Of a stretch of DNA of 64,000 nucleotides, positions 23,853 to 37,904 are shown piece by piece; position 1 is the stretch's first letter; each line of letters starts with the position of its first letter. Source of the stretch: Callorhinchus milii (lineage: Eukaryota); the NCBI RefSeq assembly GCF_018977255.1, contig NW_024704743.1:22570001-22634000 (forward strand), read 5' to 3'. Both the position numbers and the translations under genes were made by a program. The notes beneath the pieces were generated by a model. The model did not search any database. It was not told the DNA's origin and worked only from the letters and a program-made list of their open reading frames with translations.

Positions 23853-24040
23853 CCATCATGATTGTAAGAAGCTAGGACCACGCTAGGGCTGGAGTAGGCA
23901 TTGCTCGTCACCCAGGTGCAGTGAACAGCAAACATCATCAGTAACATTAGCATCAGCATGGTAACAATACTCTTGATATTTGGGCCCAATCCTTCTTCGG
24001 TCTTTTCCTGTTCAGACACATGCTTTCTCACTTTGCCTGC
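23853..24040 (-). CDS. STT3B: STT3B exon 11 (188 nt): [63 protein letters not shown]
   Basis: Within ORF 23849..24139; TTCCAG| acceptor, |GTAGGG donor. Confidence 0.97.
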
Positions 24041-25467
24041 CTGGAAGAAACAAAGGGAATCATCAGAATCAGAATTTTTTTTAAAATCAGTCAATCTAAG
24101 ACACTTTGTGGGACACTGCTGTGTGCAATTGGCTGCCACGTTTTGCCCACAAAATATGCAGTCAATTCACTTTACAGTATATTCTGTGAAGCGCTTTGAG
24201 ACGTCTCAACGATATCTATATCACTATAAAGGCACTATATCAAATGCAAGAATTGTTAGTATTATTATAGAATCCTTTCTCATGAACATCTTATTGAGTC
24301 GAACTTTAAATACATGCATGAAGCAAAACAGATTCTAGTAACATCAAACCACCTCCTATGACATGATGTAGTCAGCCATTATGCTGAATCATTTCACCAC
24401 TTCAGTAACCAAGGTAAAGTCACATGGTGTATACAGTACTTGTTAACAATAATTTCAATCATAAATTCTAAATCTAGCTTTATTTTAAAATGTCTGTGCA
24501 TAATAACACGATGCTATACCATTCTATGTTATAAGACACCCAAAGGTAGTTTCCAAGTGAGCTGTATGTGAAAGATTGAGCTTTGCTTGTTTTGAAGTAT
24601 TGTGACGACTGTTTTGAGATAGCAGTAACAGCTAATCCTAGTCGGATCGGACTCCAGTATCCTACACCGCTACCATCCTACCCCAAAATGGCACCAGAGG
24701 AGTGGGACTGATGGCATGTTTCACTATCAATCTCAGAAAAACAACTCCCAACATCTAGAATTCTTTTGCACAAAAGCTCTGTGAATTAAACTGCTAAACA
24801 CTGCCAGTTTCATGCTGTGGGCCTGTGCCAATTAGGAACTGGAGCTCTTTCACGCAGAATTTTTACTGCAGAAGTGTGAACACTCCCCAATAGTCTTAGC
24901 CAGATCTAAATGTCTCCTAGATGAAAAGGCACCGTGCAAAGGTACTGCTCTTCAATCCAACATTTATTCAAGTTATTGGTGCACTTACATAAGGTAAACA
25001 AAAACTAAAACAACAATTCTACATACAAAGGTCCATCTTGAATTAATTATGAGAACAAAAGTAACTTTTCTACGAAAAATCTAATTTGTATGAGATGGGT
25101 GCTTTATTGAACAAAGAAAGACAAGTTTATGTTTCTATATCCTCACAGTTAAATTCTCTTCAAGCACCATTCACTGGCCAGTATGATACATATAAATGTT
25201 ATTATTTTTCTAAATCTGTCCTGTAACTGGTCTCCAGAAGATCCCTGAACATTTTGGGTGACATTTTAGACTTCCATCTTTCTCTAAGGGGAAAACAGCC
25301 AGCATTTGAGGCCTGGTGAGCAGAATTTTGTGCTCCTCATTAATGTAATAAAGCCAGCTTTTTGATGTGGTGAAGCTCACCATTGAGAAGCTACGAAGAC
25401 GTGATAAATCGCTGTATCAAACGCAAGGATTATTACTGTAGGCCTTAAAAGGAATCTCCTCTTTTAC

Positions 25468-25679
25468 CTTGTCATAGAGGTTCCCAGAGTTCCTCTTGTC
25501 ATCTTCATCACTGCTGTCCTCCACTGGTGGGCTCTCCCTCTGTGTGTCGTCACCCAAATAATGTTCAAAGACGTTGGAAAAAGCAATTGCAGACAGCATG
25601 CAGACAACTGGGGTGAGTGTCAGCATCAGACGTACCATGACTCCAGCGAAGTAAACAGCACTGATTGCATAAAGAGCAA
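25468..25679 (-). CDS. STT3B: STT3B exon 10 (212 nt): VALYAISAVYFAGVMVRLMLTLTPVV...EDSSDEDDKRNSGNLYDK
   Basis: Overlaps ORF 25417..25638; acidic loop typical of STT3B; CCCCAG| and |GTAAAA sites. Confidence 0.97.
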
Positions 25680-28224
25680 CTGGGGAGAGGGCAGTTCACA
25701 TGGTTAATGCCAATCTAAATCAAAGAGAGAACTCAACACAAGATTAGAGCAGATGGAAGGAAAGAAATGCCTTTTCTATTAAGACTAATTTCGGCAAACT
25801 ATAATTGCCAAAAGATAGTTTGTATACTGTATTGTACAGTTTTGTATTTTGAGTTCATCCACAAAATACAGTCACTCCATTTTACAGTATGTTCTGTAAG
25901 GGGCTTTGAGACATTCTCCTGATATGAAAATTGCTATATCAAAAGTAAGAATTATTATTGTATTATAAAATGTAATGTTCTGTGTAGCAACGCAAGCTTC
26001 AAAAAAAAAACTGAGATCACAATGCATATAACTCAAGAGTTTTCATCATCCTTCAGAGATGCAGGATTTCCCAAATGCATCGAATTATAAAAAAAGAACT
26101 TTGATTTGAGAAAAATACTTGTTTTCCTTATGTCATCTCAGTGAACAAACCTTCTTGTAGATGTACCCCAGAGAATGAAGTGTTTTTTTAAAAAATAAAC
26201 TAGAGCTGTTAGATTTAATATAAGCTAAACTTATATAAACTATAGTCCACCTTTACCAAATAAAAGATGTTGTGGAAAACTACCATCCTCTATAAACAAA
26301 TCTTTCTCCCTTACAAGTCAGGATGAATACAATATCACAGTGCTTTTATCCCCATACTCTCTTTTATTTTACTATTTATTCATTTTGGAGCATTTATTTA
26401 ATATTTGCCCTGCACATTGCCAGCACAAAACTACCCCCTTATTGAGAAATCTGAGAAGGTGAGCGTGTTTACACTGCAAGGAAACATCACCAACTTTCCC
26501 ATTTGTATGACTGTACTGAACAGTTGAAATTTTACACAGAACTTTGTGAACCTACCGAATTTCTACATAAGATTTAGAGGTAAGACATAAACAAGTGGTT
26601 CAGTAATCATATCTACATTTTGTAGTCTGCCATGACATTAAACGTTTTGTTTTTAGATTACATTTAGTATGTTTCATCAATCATCCATCCACCCACTTCG
26701 TTTTGAATTTATTAAGCATTCAGTTTGCATTTTTAAAAAAGGTTTATTACACACAGCACATTTTCTTACATTTAGAGTCGTGTGATGATTTATTGCATGC
26801 GGTCTATCATTTCTATTGCATTAATAACATTATTCTGCTCATTCAGAAATGACCTGGACTTTAATCTCCCTGTTTGTGTGCTATCTATACACACATATAT
26901 AGACACACTATGTATATAACATACACACAAACCATAAATGACCTAATTTCCCTAAATACTACAATTCTTTATTACATTGCTATCATATTGATTATTTTTT
27001 AGATATTACATAAATGACTGAAGGAGTCATGGAATTGTCTTGGACATTTCACATGTGGATTCACAGATATCTGCAATCTTTCAGGTGTATTTATATTCTA
27101 CTATAATTATTGTGTAATCCTAAATAACGCCTGACATATCCAACCTCTTCCAGTGCTCTCACTCACACCACTCATTTCGTTTCTTAATTCCCATGTTCTG
27201 GCTCAGTGAATGAGCTTGAAGCGTGAAGTCTCATCTTGGCTTTGTCACAGCACATTATACACTTGGAGAGATGTCCACAAGGCAGCATTTTTAAACTGAC
27301 ACAAAACAGGGAATGAACTCAAAAGTTCGCTGGACTTTTTTAAAAAAAATCCAGAACGATTGAAAAATAATTTATTGTTTCCATCTAAAGAGTTAAACCG
27401 ACGGACGTAGAGCACATTAATGTGTGAGGGATCCTCTGTCACATAGCAAATGGTAATTACATTGACTTTTGTGATTCCTGAAACAGAAAATTACTCATTG
27501 CAGCCCGGCTGTTACACTAAATTGCAGAGCTACAATCAGCAGGCACCTTAGATATTTTCACAAGAGATCAGAAAAATAATAATTTTTAATATTTAATAAT
27601 ATTCCCTCCAAAACAAAACAATAATAAATTGATCACTTCCAGTCCACGACTGTTTGTGGGACACTGCTGTTTGCAATTGGCTGCCACGTTTCGCCCACAA
27701 ATATACAGTCAATTCACTTTACAGCATATTCCGTGAAGAGCTTTGAGACATCGAGAAGACATGAAAAGGCGCTATATCAAATGGAAGGATTAATATTATT
27801 ATTATTAAAAAAGGTTGCCAAATCACCCAGATTGCTCACACACACACCTCCTACTGGCCAAATAAAAAGCAGCAACAGAAATCTATGCCTGTCACACAAG
27901 ATTCTTGTGTTGAGCAAGCACTGATAATATACATTTCAATTGTTTGATGCGACAAAAACATTGTAACACATCATTATCTCTGGAATTTATTGCTTCTCCA
28001 TTCCTGCCTACAACAAGTAACTTTTAAACAATATGCTTATTTTATAATGCACCATAATCCTGACATTAAAATTGGTTTTACATTCCAAAGATTAAATTAG
28101 TTTGATCAATGTTCTTACTCAAATGTTACAAGTGACCACCTAGTGACCTATCTTCAGCATTTTTTTTTCTTTTGAATCAACTGCTTTCAAATGAAACCCA
28201 GCGCAATTAGACAAATTCTCTTAC

Positions 28225-28379
28225 CAAATACTCTTTCATCATTGATGTTTTTGATACAAAACCAGAGTCCAGCTGGGAAGGTGCAGACCAATATGTGTAG
28301 ATCGAAAAAGAAGGAAACCCATGTTGTCGGTTGATGTTCAGATACTGAGGCAATGATAGGGATGTGGATTTTTGCATAT
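28225..28379 (-). CDS. STT3B: STT3B exon 9 (155 nt): [51 protein letters not shown]
   Basis: SVSE catalytic motif; CCACAG| acceptor, |GTAAGA donor. Confidence 0.97.
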
Positions 28380-29127
28380 CTGTGGAACGAATTGTAACAA
28401 TCAAGGTTAAGTGCTACTTTTGTACTTGCTGAATATTAAACAAGATACGTACAGATTCAAAAGAAAATCATTCTGGTGAACTGGCGACAAGGGATCATAT
28501 CCTCGAGATTATTACTTGACAAAATGGAAGTTCATTTTTTAAATAAAAGAAAAACGTTATTAAAATGTGCAACGTATCTCAAGTGGCTATTCATTTTTGA
28601 TGCAAAAAAAATTATATCCTTATAAAGATGAAAAATTTAAAGGCATGGGAAAAATACATGGAAATGAGATTAGAATAGATAGCTCCAGTGGAGAGCTAGG
28701 ATAATACCATGAGCTGAATGCCCTCCATTTGTACTTAAGTTTGTTTCTATAGATAGCAAAATGTTTTAAAACTGCACCCATTTTCTGTACTCTGGGACAC
28801 TAATTGAAAAAATTAATCCGCCCGGTGCTCACTGATTGCAACTACACATATTCTGGCAATAAAATTAGATCATACTAATTGAATCATATCCCTCGGCTGC
28901 AATGCAAGTAGATAATGAATAGAGAAGTTTTAATGTCCCCATTAGCTCGACATAGATGGTTTGAAAGAGTCAGACCGCTTTGATATCAGCATTGATGTCA
29001 TAGCTTTATAGTCACTTCAAGGTGAAGCAGTTTTTAGACTAATATAATCTAATATCAATTAAAATCAACATAGCCCGGTCCACTCCACCCATAAAAAACA
29101 AGTACACCTGATCTCAGAAATCCTTAC

Positions 29128-29176
29128 CCAGTGTCCCACAGTGAGTAAAATCTTCCACTCCATGGTGCAATGTAGC
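29128..29176 (-). CDS. STT3B: STT3B exon 8 (49 nt): GYIAPWSGRFYSLWDTG
   Basis: Read manually; TCAG| acceptor, |GTAAGG donor. Confidence 0.97.
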
Positions 29177-29643
29177 CTGAAACATGAGAGGATAAACGAA
29201 TTAACAAAAGCTGCAATAATGCTTCACTTCGGACTCTAACCCTCAAAGTTTAAAATGACAAATCCAAAAGTACCTCTGTCACACAACTGGAGCATAATAA
29301 GCCTGTTGCACTCAGTATAAATCATAAAGAACAGCACTACCTCAAAATTAAGACATGCCCATGCTATGAATAAATGAAAATGAAACCCTATTGAATTCAG
29401 AGGAGAACTACCCCCCACCCCACCATGTAGAAACCATGAACAATTTGTAAAAAGCCATTTAATTAAACTTTTACTGGCTTCGGGTTTACATTATTCACCA
29501 GTTACTATTTAAATGATTATTTTGGTTTGAAGAATTATCACACAGTTCACTTGAAATTGTAATCTTCCTGCTTCTGTAACTGGAACACGAACACGGGGAT
29601 GAATTAAAAACTTAAATTACAAATATTCTGTGCGTAAACTTAC

Positions 29644-29790
29644 CTGTATATGTCAGGTAAATGACACTGAGAAATACCACACCAGCAGCAAGTGAAATGC
29701 CTAAGAAGAACAGAGTCTGGAACTCCTGCTTCGTTAGTCTGTCTCTCAAGTACTGCAAGAAGGCATAAGCTTGCAGCAGGGCGAATACAC
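29644..29790 (-). CDS. STT3B: STT3B exon 7 (147 nt): VFALLQAYAFLQYLRDRLTKQEFQTLFFLGISLAAGVVFLSVIYLTYT
   Basis: Read manually; ATCAG| acceptor, |GTAAGT donor. Confidence 0.97.
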
Positions 29791-29989
29791 CTGATCATAA
29801 AAGGAATTACAAAGTTTATAGAGAAATACAAAATTCAAGATATTGTTTTCAATCAGTCTAAACTAGATTTATTTTAACACAAGTGGTGCTTAAATTGCAT
29901 CAAAACTGATTTCGTATTATATAAAAATGCATTTTCAACTAGCGAAAGCAGAAATCATATTAGCATGAACTCTACATATCAGTATGAAC

Positions 29990-30580
29990 TCCAGTGATGA
30001 GATTTCTCATCTCAGGCACCAACAGCATCAACATGCATTTAATCTCGCTAAGCCGGTGTGGAACCTCGGCATCTTGTTCGATTCCCAACTGTTTTTTAAA
30101 TGCCACATCCGTGCTCTTACCCACTCACCTTCACCCCTATCTCCCCCTCAGGCTGCCATGGCCATCACCCACGTTTTTGTATCACATCCAGGCTTAAATA
30201 TAACAATGTTCTGCTTGCTGGACTCACCAGCTCTTCCCTACATAAGCTGCAAACTATCCAGAACTCAGCCACCCACTTCCTCTCTCGCACCAAGCCCCGC
30301 AATACAAAATCACCCCCATCAACGCATGGCTTCTCTGAACCCCCCCATCCTCAAATCAATTGAGTTCAAGATCCTCAGTCTCACATTCAAATCTCTCCAA
30401 TCTCGCCCCACTCTACCTCTGAGACCTTCTTTCACTACACCGACTCGGCTGTTTCTTTCTCTTAGTGACCACAGGCCTGCTTCAGATATCTCACCCTATC
30501 CACTGCGCCATCGGCAGGTGGGCTTTCAGCCATTCTGTCTTGCTATCTGGAACTCGGTCCTGGCGTCCCTCCAAGTCAGA
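29990..30580 (+). mobile_element. Degenerate L2 fragment
   Basis: VWNLGILFDSQLFF, LQTIQNSA, IEFKIL peptides. Confidence 0.85.
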
Positions 30581-30784
30581 GCCCAGAAATGGGCATGGTC
30601 AACATTTTTTTCCATGGGCCTGTTATAAGGCGTGGTCTCATTTTATGGACCCAAATTATCACGTTGACAGGGTTGAGTGAAAATGGCTTAACATGATAGC
30701 TCCTGACTACATTATTTATCATGGCTCACAGCCTATAGAAGGAGAATTAAATGAAAACTTGCTCAACAAAATTAAACCACTCAC

Positions 30785-30883
30785 CTGCTGCTGCCATATG
30801 CTCACTAGTTCGAATTGGTTGGAACCCGACAAATGGTATTTGCATGGATAATATTAAACCCACGATGTAGAACGTGCTGTAAG
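30785..30883 (-). CDS. STT3B: STT3B exon 6 (99 nt): [34 protein letters not shown]
   Basis: Within ORF 30747..30932; CCCAG| acceptor, |GTGAGT donor. Confidence 0.97.
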
Positions 30884-32544
30884 CTGGGTAAAAAAAAAAT
30901 TGTTTTAAATTGTTGTCTCGACAAAACACCACATTATAGTTTTAATAACCTGAAGAACATGTGTTAAGCTATGCTGCAACTATTTTCTTTTTAATTTCAT
31001 TAAGCTACAAATATAAAGTAATTTCAAAACAAATATCAAATTTGTCATTTAATAGCAGACAGAATCCATAGGACAGAGACAAAAGCCACCGACAGATCAT
31101 GCCAGATTAGATTATTCCTTTTAATAAAACATAGAATTTATCACCAGTTTACCTTACTTTCACAAAACATACATTTTGATCAGAAATACAATACAAATTT
31201 ACATTTATACAGCGCCTTTCACATCGGGAGGACATCCCAAGGTGATAGAGGAAAGGGCCTCGAGGAAAGTCACTTGAAAATTAACATGTTTACTTAAGCA
31301 CATAGGCAACTTTGATTACATTAAAAAAGACATGGAAAAGAGATGTGCTGTACATCTTCAAGCTCAATAACTGAATTCAAGCTCTTGCACAGAACCCGTA
31401 TTTTGTAAGATTCAACTGGCCTGGGAAACTCTTGGATTCTTCTCCCATGGTTAGGGGTCGAAACCATTAACTATAGAGTGTTTGAGTAAAGATATCTGGA
31501 TGGTATCCACTTTTTAAGGGTTAAAGATGGTGTGAGGGGGCAATATTCTTGACATCCATTTCCTCTCCTTCTACCCTGGGAATACTGTATCAAGGGATCT
31601 CACACTTTTCCCCTCTCACTCTTGTATGGAACACAATGCGAGTTAGTTACACACACAGTAATAATTAGATTGCAGAGGGATGTAAATAATGTGCAATACA
31701 ACGTTTGACAGTTGTTTTTCATCACAATGCTTATATAGTTAATAAAGAGACTTAAGTGTTCACTCTGTAGAAAATTCACACCAGAAACAGCGTCCACTTG
31801 CTTTATTCTTTCCAATCCAAAAATCTACATTAAGCAAAGTACTCAACATGTGTAAAGTATTTAATAATAATACTTCCATTTTATATACTGCCTTATCACG
31901 TCGTCAAGACGTCTCAAAGCACTTCAAGGAATATACTGTCAAGTTGATTGACTGTATCTTGTGGGCGAAATGCAGCAGCACAATGGCGCACAACAATGTC
32001 CCACAAACAACCATGGAGTGAGTGACCAATTGTATTTGGGGATTTGTTGGCCAGGACACTGGGAGAAACTCTATTCTCTTTTTGAATTCTTCGATTTAAG
32101 GAAGGGACAATCTGCTCAAGTTACACTCCAAGATCATTCTGCAAACCAGAAAGTTAAGTTAGCGTGAGCCTGGTGACATGGAAAGTCAGCCCTTTATAGT
32201 GTGGAGAGCTAAAATGGTTAACTTTTAAGCCACCTGGTCGCCATCAGCATTTAATGTTTTGTGCAAAAGCAGTGAATAGGAAGCAACATCAGTGATGACC
32301 AAATTACACAGAAGTCAGATATTTAGCACAAACACTGAACGAAGAGAACTGCGAGCAAGCCAGCTGCGCAAACGCAGTTAATGGGGTACATACTGCAATT
32401 TTGTTAAAACAAATTGTGGTTCTCAAGAAGCAAGTATAATAGGATTACGTTGTATATGCCTTGTGTGTAAACAAATGTGAACAGGATATGCCATGTAAAT
32501 GTATGCAAAATTATTGAGAGAAACAATAAACTGAGTTCACTAAC

Positions 32545-32644
32545 CTATATAGACCCTCCTACTGAATCTCTGCATCAGTAGCAATACAAAGACGTGCAGT
32601 GGGATAAGGTTGATGATGAACACATAACCACCCCAAGCTGATAC
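32545..32644 (-). CDS. STT3B: STT3B exon 5 (100 nt): [33 protein letters not shown]
   Basis: Read manually; TTGCAG| acceptor, |GTTAGT donor. Confidence 0.97.
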
Positions 32645-33146
32645 CTGCAATTAACGTACAAAACACAAATCAATCCAAATGTTCCCAAATAGCCTATTAA
32701 AGGGAAACATTAATATATTATTTGCTCAAAAATCCAAGTCCATTGTCAAGTGGATAGAGGCATCTTTCAGTGAAGCACTAACGTAATACAGAACAGAAGG
32801 CTGCAGGTTCAATTCCAAATCCATGCTGAGTTTTTGGAATTTAGTTGGAGCAGGACTTGTGGCAAAATAATTGGACCCAGTCCCACAGAAAATAGAGGAA
32901 AGGAGGGAAAACAGTCAGAGTGAGAACTTAGGTAAGATTCCAGAGGATTATTGGCACCCACGGAATCATATCCCAGTACAAATCAACCCCTTTTTTTCTA
33001 AAAACAAGGTTTTGAAAGTCGGTAAAGCATGATGCATACTGAATACGAATGAGGTTTCATCTATCTAAGCGATGGGAAAAAGTTATTCGTGACTTTATTT
33101 TTGGTATCTATACAATGCTACAGAATCTTAAAGTAATCTACCTTAC

Positions 33147-33212
33147 CATGTAAAAGTAGGACAAGCAGCAACATATCGTCCAAAAAACAGACCCAGTTTT
33201 CACCGATTTGAC
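33147..33212 (-). CDS. STT3B: STT3B exon 4 (66 nt): VKSVKTGSVFWTICCCLSYFYM
   Basis: Read manually; TTTTCAG| acceptor, |GTAAGG donor. Confidence 0.97.
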
Positions 33213-34867
33213 CTGAAAATAAATGCAATTTGGATAAGCAGTATGAAATCAGTAGCATGATTCAGCCTTTCAATACATTAAAGCTACAAGAAAATAATAA
33301 TCCTTGCATTTGATATAGCGTCTTCTCATGTCTTCGAGACATCTCCAAGCGCTTCACAGAATTTACCATAAAGTTAATTGACTGTATATTTTGTGGATGA
33401 AACGCGACAGCACATTGGTCACAGCAGTGTCCCACAAATAGTCATGGATCGAGTGACTAAATTATTATTTTTTTTAAAAAATATTTTTGTTTTGAAGGGA
33501 TGATCACCATAGAATTTCGCTTACTTTGCAATTATTTTATGAATAAGGAACACGTTAATTATTTACATTATATTTTCCTACGAAGCTTCTGCTCTAAAGT
33601 AAAATATTTCTATTTTAAAACATTTAGGTTTTGCAGTTCTTAAAATCTTAATATGCACTTTCCACAGTATGCCTACAAAAATGCAAATCGATTGCACAAT
33701 CCATTGTATGACCTAGATTCAAAAATTTAATGCAACATAATTCAATTTGCGGATAACACCAAGGTGGGCGAAATGTGGAATCAGGAAGCAGCCAAGATTT
33801 TTTTTAAAAAAGTGAGAAATGTATGAACCTTGGCTAATCACTGGCAAATTAAGTTGAACAGTTAAATGAAAGGTGTTGCATATAAGAAGTAAAAATATAA
33901 TGCATATGCTCTCAATGGATGGGACAGAGCCTTTCAAGGGGAAAATTGAAAAAGACCTAACTAATTAAGGGCAAATAAGTCAACAATTAGTTGACTTATT
34001 GTTCATCACATCGAAACAGGTGAGGGAGCAATAGATGAGGCAAACAAGACGCTGGACTACATTGGCAACTTATTTGAATTTGGATCCATGTCCTGGTTAA
34101 GCTAGAACTGAAGTGTTGTGTCATCTGCTCATTATGATACAAGGAAGATGTCCAATCCCTACATAGTGTTTTATCACAGTCAAAACTTCTAAAAGCCATA
34201 GGTTGCATTGTAAAGTGTAGTGACTATTTATACAATTTAATTTATGTTTATATAGTGCCTTTCGTGTTAGGAAAATGTCTCAAGGTGCTCCACAATGCTG
34301 GCTGGACACCTGAGCTGAAGATGGGCCCAGTAGGAGGGGTGGGGGGCGTGTGAGGAGTAAATTGATCAAAACTGCGCTCAAAGAGGTATATTTTGAAACG
34401 GTCCTTGACGAGGCGAAGGATGGAGTTCCAAAGAACTCAAGCAGAATAGCTGATAGCCTGCCCGCAAATGGTACGGTGAATAGGGCAGATGAAGCATGTG
34501 AGTAGTTGAGGAGAATGAGGTAAGTTTTGGTGTGATTCAGCAATATTTATGAACAATGAACTATGAGGCCAGATTTGAGCTACATGTTCTCTGAAGGCTT
34601 TGTATTTTAACAATTGGAGATGGTGTTGTTTTAACAATTATAGATGAGGTACTGGGGTATCTGCAGGGATGGGAAGCAGTCCAGGATTTAGTAGCTGCAA
34701 CTTTCAAATAACAAGTGCTTCGTAATAATTCAGTATTAAATGAAAAACACATTTAAACTCAAAACCTGACATAGCTGGAGTCACCTGAATGGGTCCAACT
34801 GAAATTCTAAGGAATACTTCACCGATTCTAAAAATATATTCATATAAAAATTGAAAGGATTTCTTAC

Positions 34868-35155
34868 CCATAGGTAATATGTAAACTGTAATGCAAAAAT
34901 AGCTATGCCTTCATTATCAAATGAGCCTGCTACTGATCGCGATATGTAGCCTGGTACGATGGCAATAAAGCAGGCAGCAAGCAATCCTGCCCCCTGGTTC
35001 CATAGCTCTCTGGTGAGCAAGAAGGTTGATATTGACGTGAGCCCACTGAACACTGGAGCTAGGAACACACAAACATCTCGGATGTGAACCGTTATGTGAA
35101 GCGTATTCAAGATCCAGTGTATGCAGCCGGCTGTGACCATCAAACCAGGATACAC
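34868..35155 (-). CDS. STT3B: STT3B exon 3 (288 nt): [10 protein letters not shown]...[23 protein letters not shown]
   Basis: Within ORF 34781..35161; DxE metal-binding motif (FDNE); CAG| and |GTAAG sites. Confidence 0.98.
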
Positions 35156-36225
35156 CTGCAATGGAAAATAAAAAAAATACTTAGTACATAAAAAGACAAA
35201 TCAATATTAGCAGAGCCTTCAGCATATATGTTTATCTGGTTATTTTAACCTAAATACAATAATAATCTTTGCACTTGATATAGCGCTTTATCATGTCATC
35301 GAGACGTCTCAAAGCGCTTCACAGAATATACTGTAAAGTGAATTGATTGCATATTTTATGGGCAAAACTTTATCGAAGGTAAATATATTAAGAGTCACAA
35401 AAACAGGAATTCTTTCGTAGTTTTTTAGTGCCTGAAGACACTTGGCATTAGAAGATTCAAGCTTTCACTTTAATTTATCCAATTTCCAATCCAAATGGTA
35501 TTTTTTTTTAAAACAGCTTACTTAGTATAACTGGGTCATTTGAAACATTTTGAAAAATGGTTGTACAAATTTATTCTGAACAGATTTTGCTCAGAGGATT
35601 AGGCAGTCAAACTGCAAATTTAGTGTAATTTTCAAATATGAAAACATAGAACCTACTTAAAAGTAGTTCCATTACAAATTAATAATACTGGCTCTCATTT
35701 AAAAAAATGCTGCCATTTCCTATGATAGAAACTACATTTATCAACACAAAACAGGAATAGGCTCTGCATCCATCATAGGTGTGCCATTTTTAATCCTGTT
35801 TGCTTACCTTTTTCATATCCCTTAATGATCTACCTCCCTTTTGAACATCGGATTCTGTATCTGCATCTGTAGTATTCTGGAAGCATCGTATTCCATATTC
35901 TCATAAAAAAAATTTAATACCACTTCTGACCAGTTTAGCTCTAAATTTAAGGCAACATCTAAATTTATCGATCTCTCTACCAAAGAGGAAAGACTTCAAC
36001 AAAACACTTTAAATCTATAGGTGAATTTGAGATTCTTTTGTGTCAAGTACAAGTGAGAAATTAATAATAATTCTTGCATAGCGCCTTTCATGTTGGCATA
36101 GCATCTGTTATGTTGAGTGGACCTCTCAAAGCACTTCACACAATTTACTCTAAAGACATGGCCTACTTGGTTTTGTGTTGATGAATGTAGTTTTTTTTTA
36201 ATGGGAAAAGGCAGCATTTGGTGAA

Positions 36226-36828
36226 ATAATAATAATTGTTGCATTTGATATAGCGCTTTTCACGTCTTCTAAACGTCTCAAAGCTCTTCACAGAATAGAC
36301 TGTAAAGTGAATTGACTGTTTTGTGGGCGAAATGCGGCAGCCAATTGCGCACAGCAGTGTCCCACAAACAGATATGATTGAAGTGACCAATTTATTATTG
36401 TTTTATTTCCTTGAGGGATTATTATCAGGTGTGTGGAGTAAGGAAACTTGCCCAAGGTTTCACCCTACTGGGAATCGAACCCAGGTCTCTTGCTTGCAAG
36501 ATCTCTTGCTTGCTTCCACCCGCCTCACCATTGGTAGGAGAGCCTTCAGCCATTCTGCCCCCAACCTCTGTAACTCCATTCCCCAATCACTCCGCCTTGC
36601 CCTCTCCTTAGCCTCCTTCAAGTCCTGCCTCAAAACCCTCCTCTTCGACCATACCATTGGTCACCCTTCTTCCCCTCCTCTCCCTTCTCCCCCGACCCCA
36701 GCTCGGGTCTGAAATGCTGTACACTGTCCAACGCCTTGGGACGTCCTCCCAACATGAAAGGCGCTATACAAATGTAATCTTGTTGTTGTTGCAAAGCAAG
36801 TACTCTAACCACTGAGCTACAGGACTCC
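36226..36828 (-). mobile_element. Family A SINE interrupted by a + strand L2 3' fragment (about 36501-36790)
   Basis: SINE sequence stops at the anticodon arm and resumes after the L2 (TTG)n tail. Confidence 0.88.
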
Positions 36829-37904
36829 ACAGCCACCATTATAAATTTGTAATTTATATTTGTAGGCGAACACGGCAGCCCATTTGCACACAGCAATGTC
36901 CCACAAACTGCCAAGAAACAAACGACCAATTGTATTACCAAGATTATTGGTCAGCACACTGGGACGTGGGGCTGAAACCTATAACCTTCTGACTCAGAGC
37001 CAAAGTACTTTCAAAGTACTATGAGCCAGATTGTCAGTAGGGGAAGGGCACAAGGACAACTCCTGATGGGAGTCGCTGGTCTGCAGTGAAAGCTCCTGTA
37101 TCCTGCAAAATAATGCACAGGCTTTGGAAGATTCTTGTCTTGTCAGGAGCACTGTGCAATGAGCATGAATTAGGACTTAAATCCATTCAATAGTGCATCA
37201 GACCGATGGTACATTAAGTGGCATCAATCCATTCACTGAACTGGCAGGCTAGTTAATGTTACCCTCTGGTGCCTGTAGCATTCAGTTGTAGGTAAAATGT
37301 TCAGCTTGTAAAATGCAAAATGATTTTACAAACTGAACAAAAACAACTTTAGTTTTCATCCCCATACCACCAGCACAAAACATAGAGAGGTCTTTTGGAC
37401 TATTGATTAGAGATCTCTAATAATAGAACTGGATACACAAAGGATTTTTAAAAAAAACACTGTAAAGAATATTTCATTTTAAATTCAAAAGAGCAGGCCT
37501 GTAATGAAAATAATTTGCTACCAGTCAGGTGACACGTGTGGCAATCTATCCCCATGCCCATGGGCATCTAGACCCGGCTAAGATTTTTACATATTCATGA
37601 CAACTCAACATCGACATTTTCCTGCATCTGAAATGGGAGTGTCTCCACTCATTCCTTTGAAGGACACAATCTACTAACCAAATTCCAGACAGCATCAGAG
37701 GCAAGAACCAAGGCTTGGGGATCACAATGTGCTCTAGGGTCCGGCCGAAATTTAACCACTTAAACTGCGTAGATTGCTGCTGAGATCACTGTCTGCCAGG
37801 CTCTTCTTTCCAAGGAGAAAACATTTGTCCAGCTCAGACCGCCCGAGCTGGAGCAGCTAAGACCAGCTCCTGTTAACCACGTGTACAAAAATCACACGTA
37901 CATT

